Below, one piece after another: positions 63,101 through 64,000 of a stretch of 64,000 nt of DNA; within the stretch, counting starts at the first letter, position 1; every line of letters begins with the position of its first letter. This DNA is from Vicugna vicugna. Lineage: Eukaryota. The notes under the pieces were generated by a model that worked only from the letters and a program-made list of their open reading frames with translations, was not told the DNA's origin and searched no databases. Location: the NCBI GenBank assembly GCA_013265495.1, contig MU058836.1:310001-374000 (forward strand). Reading direction: 5' to 3'. The translations under genes were made by a program, and so were the position numbers.

Positions 63101-64000
63101 ACTTTGGAAAACTGCCATGGTGGCAAGTATAGCTTCTACAGCTGATTGTCCTCAGCCAGCTCTGTGTTCCTGACCAAGTCACATCCCCTCTCTGGGCTTC
63201 AGTTTGAGTGCAAGTAGAAGGAATCTGGAAATACTGGTCTGTCTGCTGAAAGGGATGCCTGAACAAATGAACAGTCTTTCAATTGAGTCTTTTTCTTCTA
63301 AATTTTGGTTCATCTAATAGTTGGTCTAACACAGCTCTCTCTTTCTTAAGAAGACCCTTGGGTTGGAAGAATTTCATGATAAATTATGAATGAAGGCAAG
63401 ACACTGACTTTAGGATAAAATCAAAAAATCTTATTTAAACAACATATTACTTCTCAGTAACTCCATAGGAGGAACAAAAGTGTTCAGATTAATCATAATC
63501 TCCTTATTAGTCAAAGTCCTGTATTGCTTTTGAATAAGTAAAAAATCAAAAAGTTCTATATAAATCCATACAATGGGATTTTTAAAGCTAGTGGTTCCTG
63601 AAGCAGATCGTGCATTTAGACTTGGCCCCATCTTTGTATCCCTAGTATTCAGCTCTGAGTATGGCGTATTGTAGACGCTAAACAAATATTCAGTGGCTGG
63701 CTGATATTCACACGAATATCCCGTATTCCAGTAACCAGTTTGACAGAACTGTAAATTTAACTTCTAACTATGGGAAAGAGACCTTTTTTTTGAATTTTAG
63801 AACATTGCTATTGAAACATCTTCTTTGGTATCCAAAGGTATATATACAAAGATTCACACAGGCTAAGTTTAATATAAGTTATGGCAATTTCCCTTCCTTT
63901 GAGAGCTGCTCAGAATCATGAATTACCCACCTTTCTCATCTTTCAGTAAATGTCTCTTAGTCACTCCTCCCTAGGTGTGGACACTAGTCAATAGTTACAT

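Noticed and set aside
1..64000. Prokaryotic systems (CRISPR arrays, operons, defence islands)
   Set aside because: The sequence is clearly mammalian, with no regularly spaced direct repeats or dense coding.

Overview
Mammalian nuclear DNA, most likely camelid (alpaca/llama/camel), judged from repeated copies of a tRNA-derived SINE resembling the camelid Vic-1 type and young L1 3' ends of cetartiodactyl type. Most of the window is intergenic and repeat-rich (MIR, L2, L3/CR1, old and young L1, MaLR/ERVL LTRs, hAT-Charlie MITEs, microsatellites). I can support no intact protein-coding gene, and the supplied ORFs look like chance or repeat-derived frames. The main unexplained structure is an ordered series of + strand exon-like segments from ~43.0 to 59.3 kb, downstream of a GATA/ETS/GC-box cluster at ~42.0-42.7 kb. 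They read as a decayed type-I immunoglobulin-superfamily receptor gene: signal peptide, a possible V-like domain split over two exons, two C2-like Ig domains, a transmembrane segment, and a tail with a killed YENL/ITAM-like motif. The layout recalls CD4/LAG-3/G6F-type receptors. This was inferred by eye across many stops and frameshifts and needs a homology search. Secondary observations are local AT-to-GC/CpG-gain patches inside old repeats, a candidate conserved non-coding element at ~22.1-22.8 kb, a 5'-inverted L1, a poly(A)-only insertion and a triple inverted-repeat cluster. Repeat family names and boundaries come from recalled consensus sequences and are approximate.
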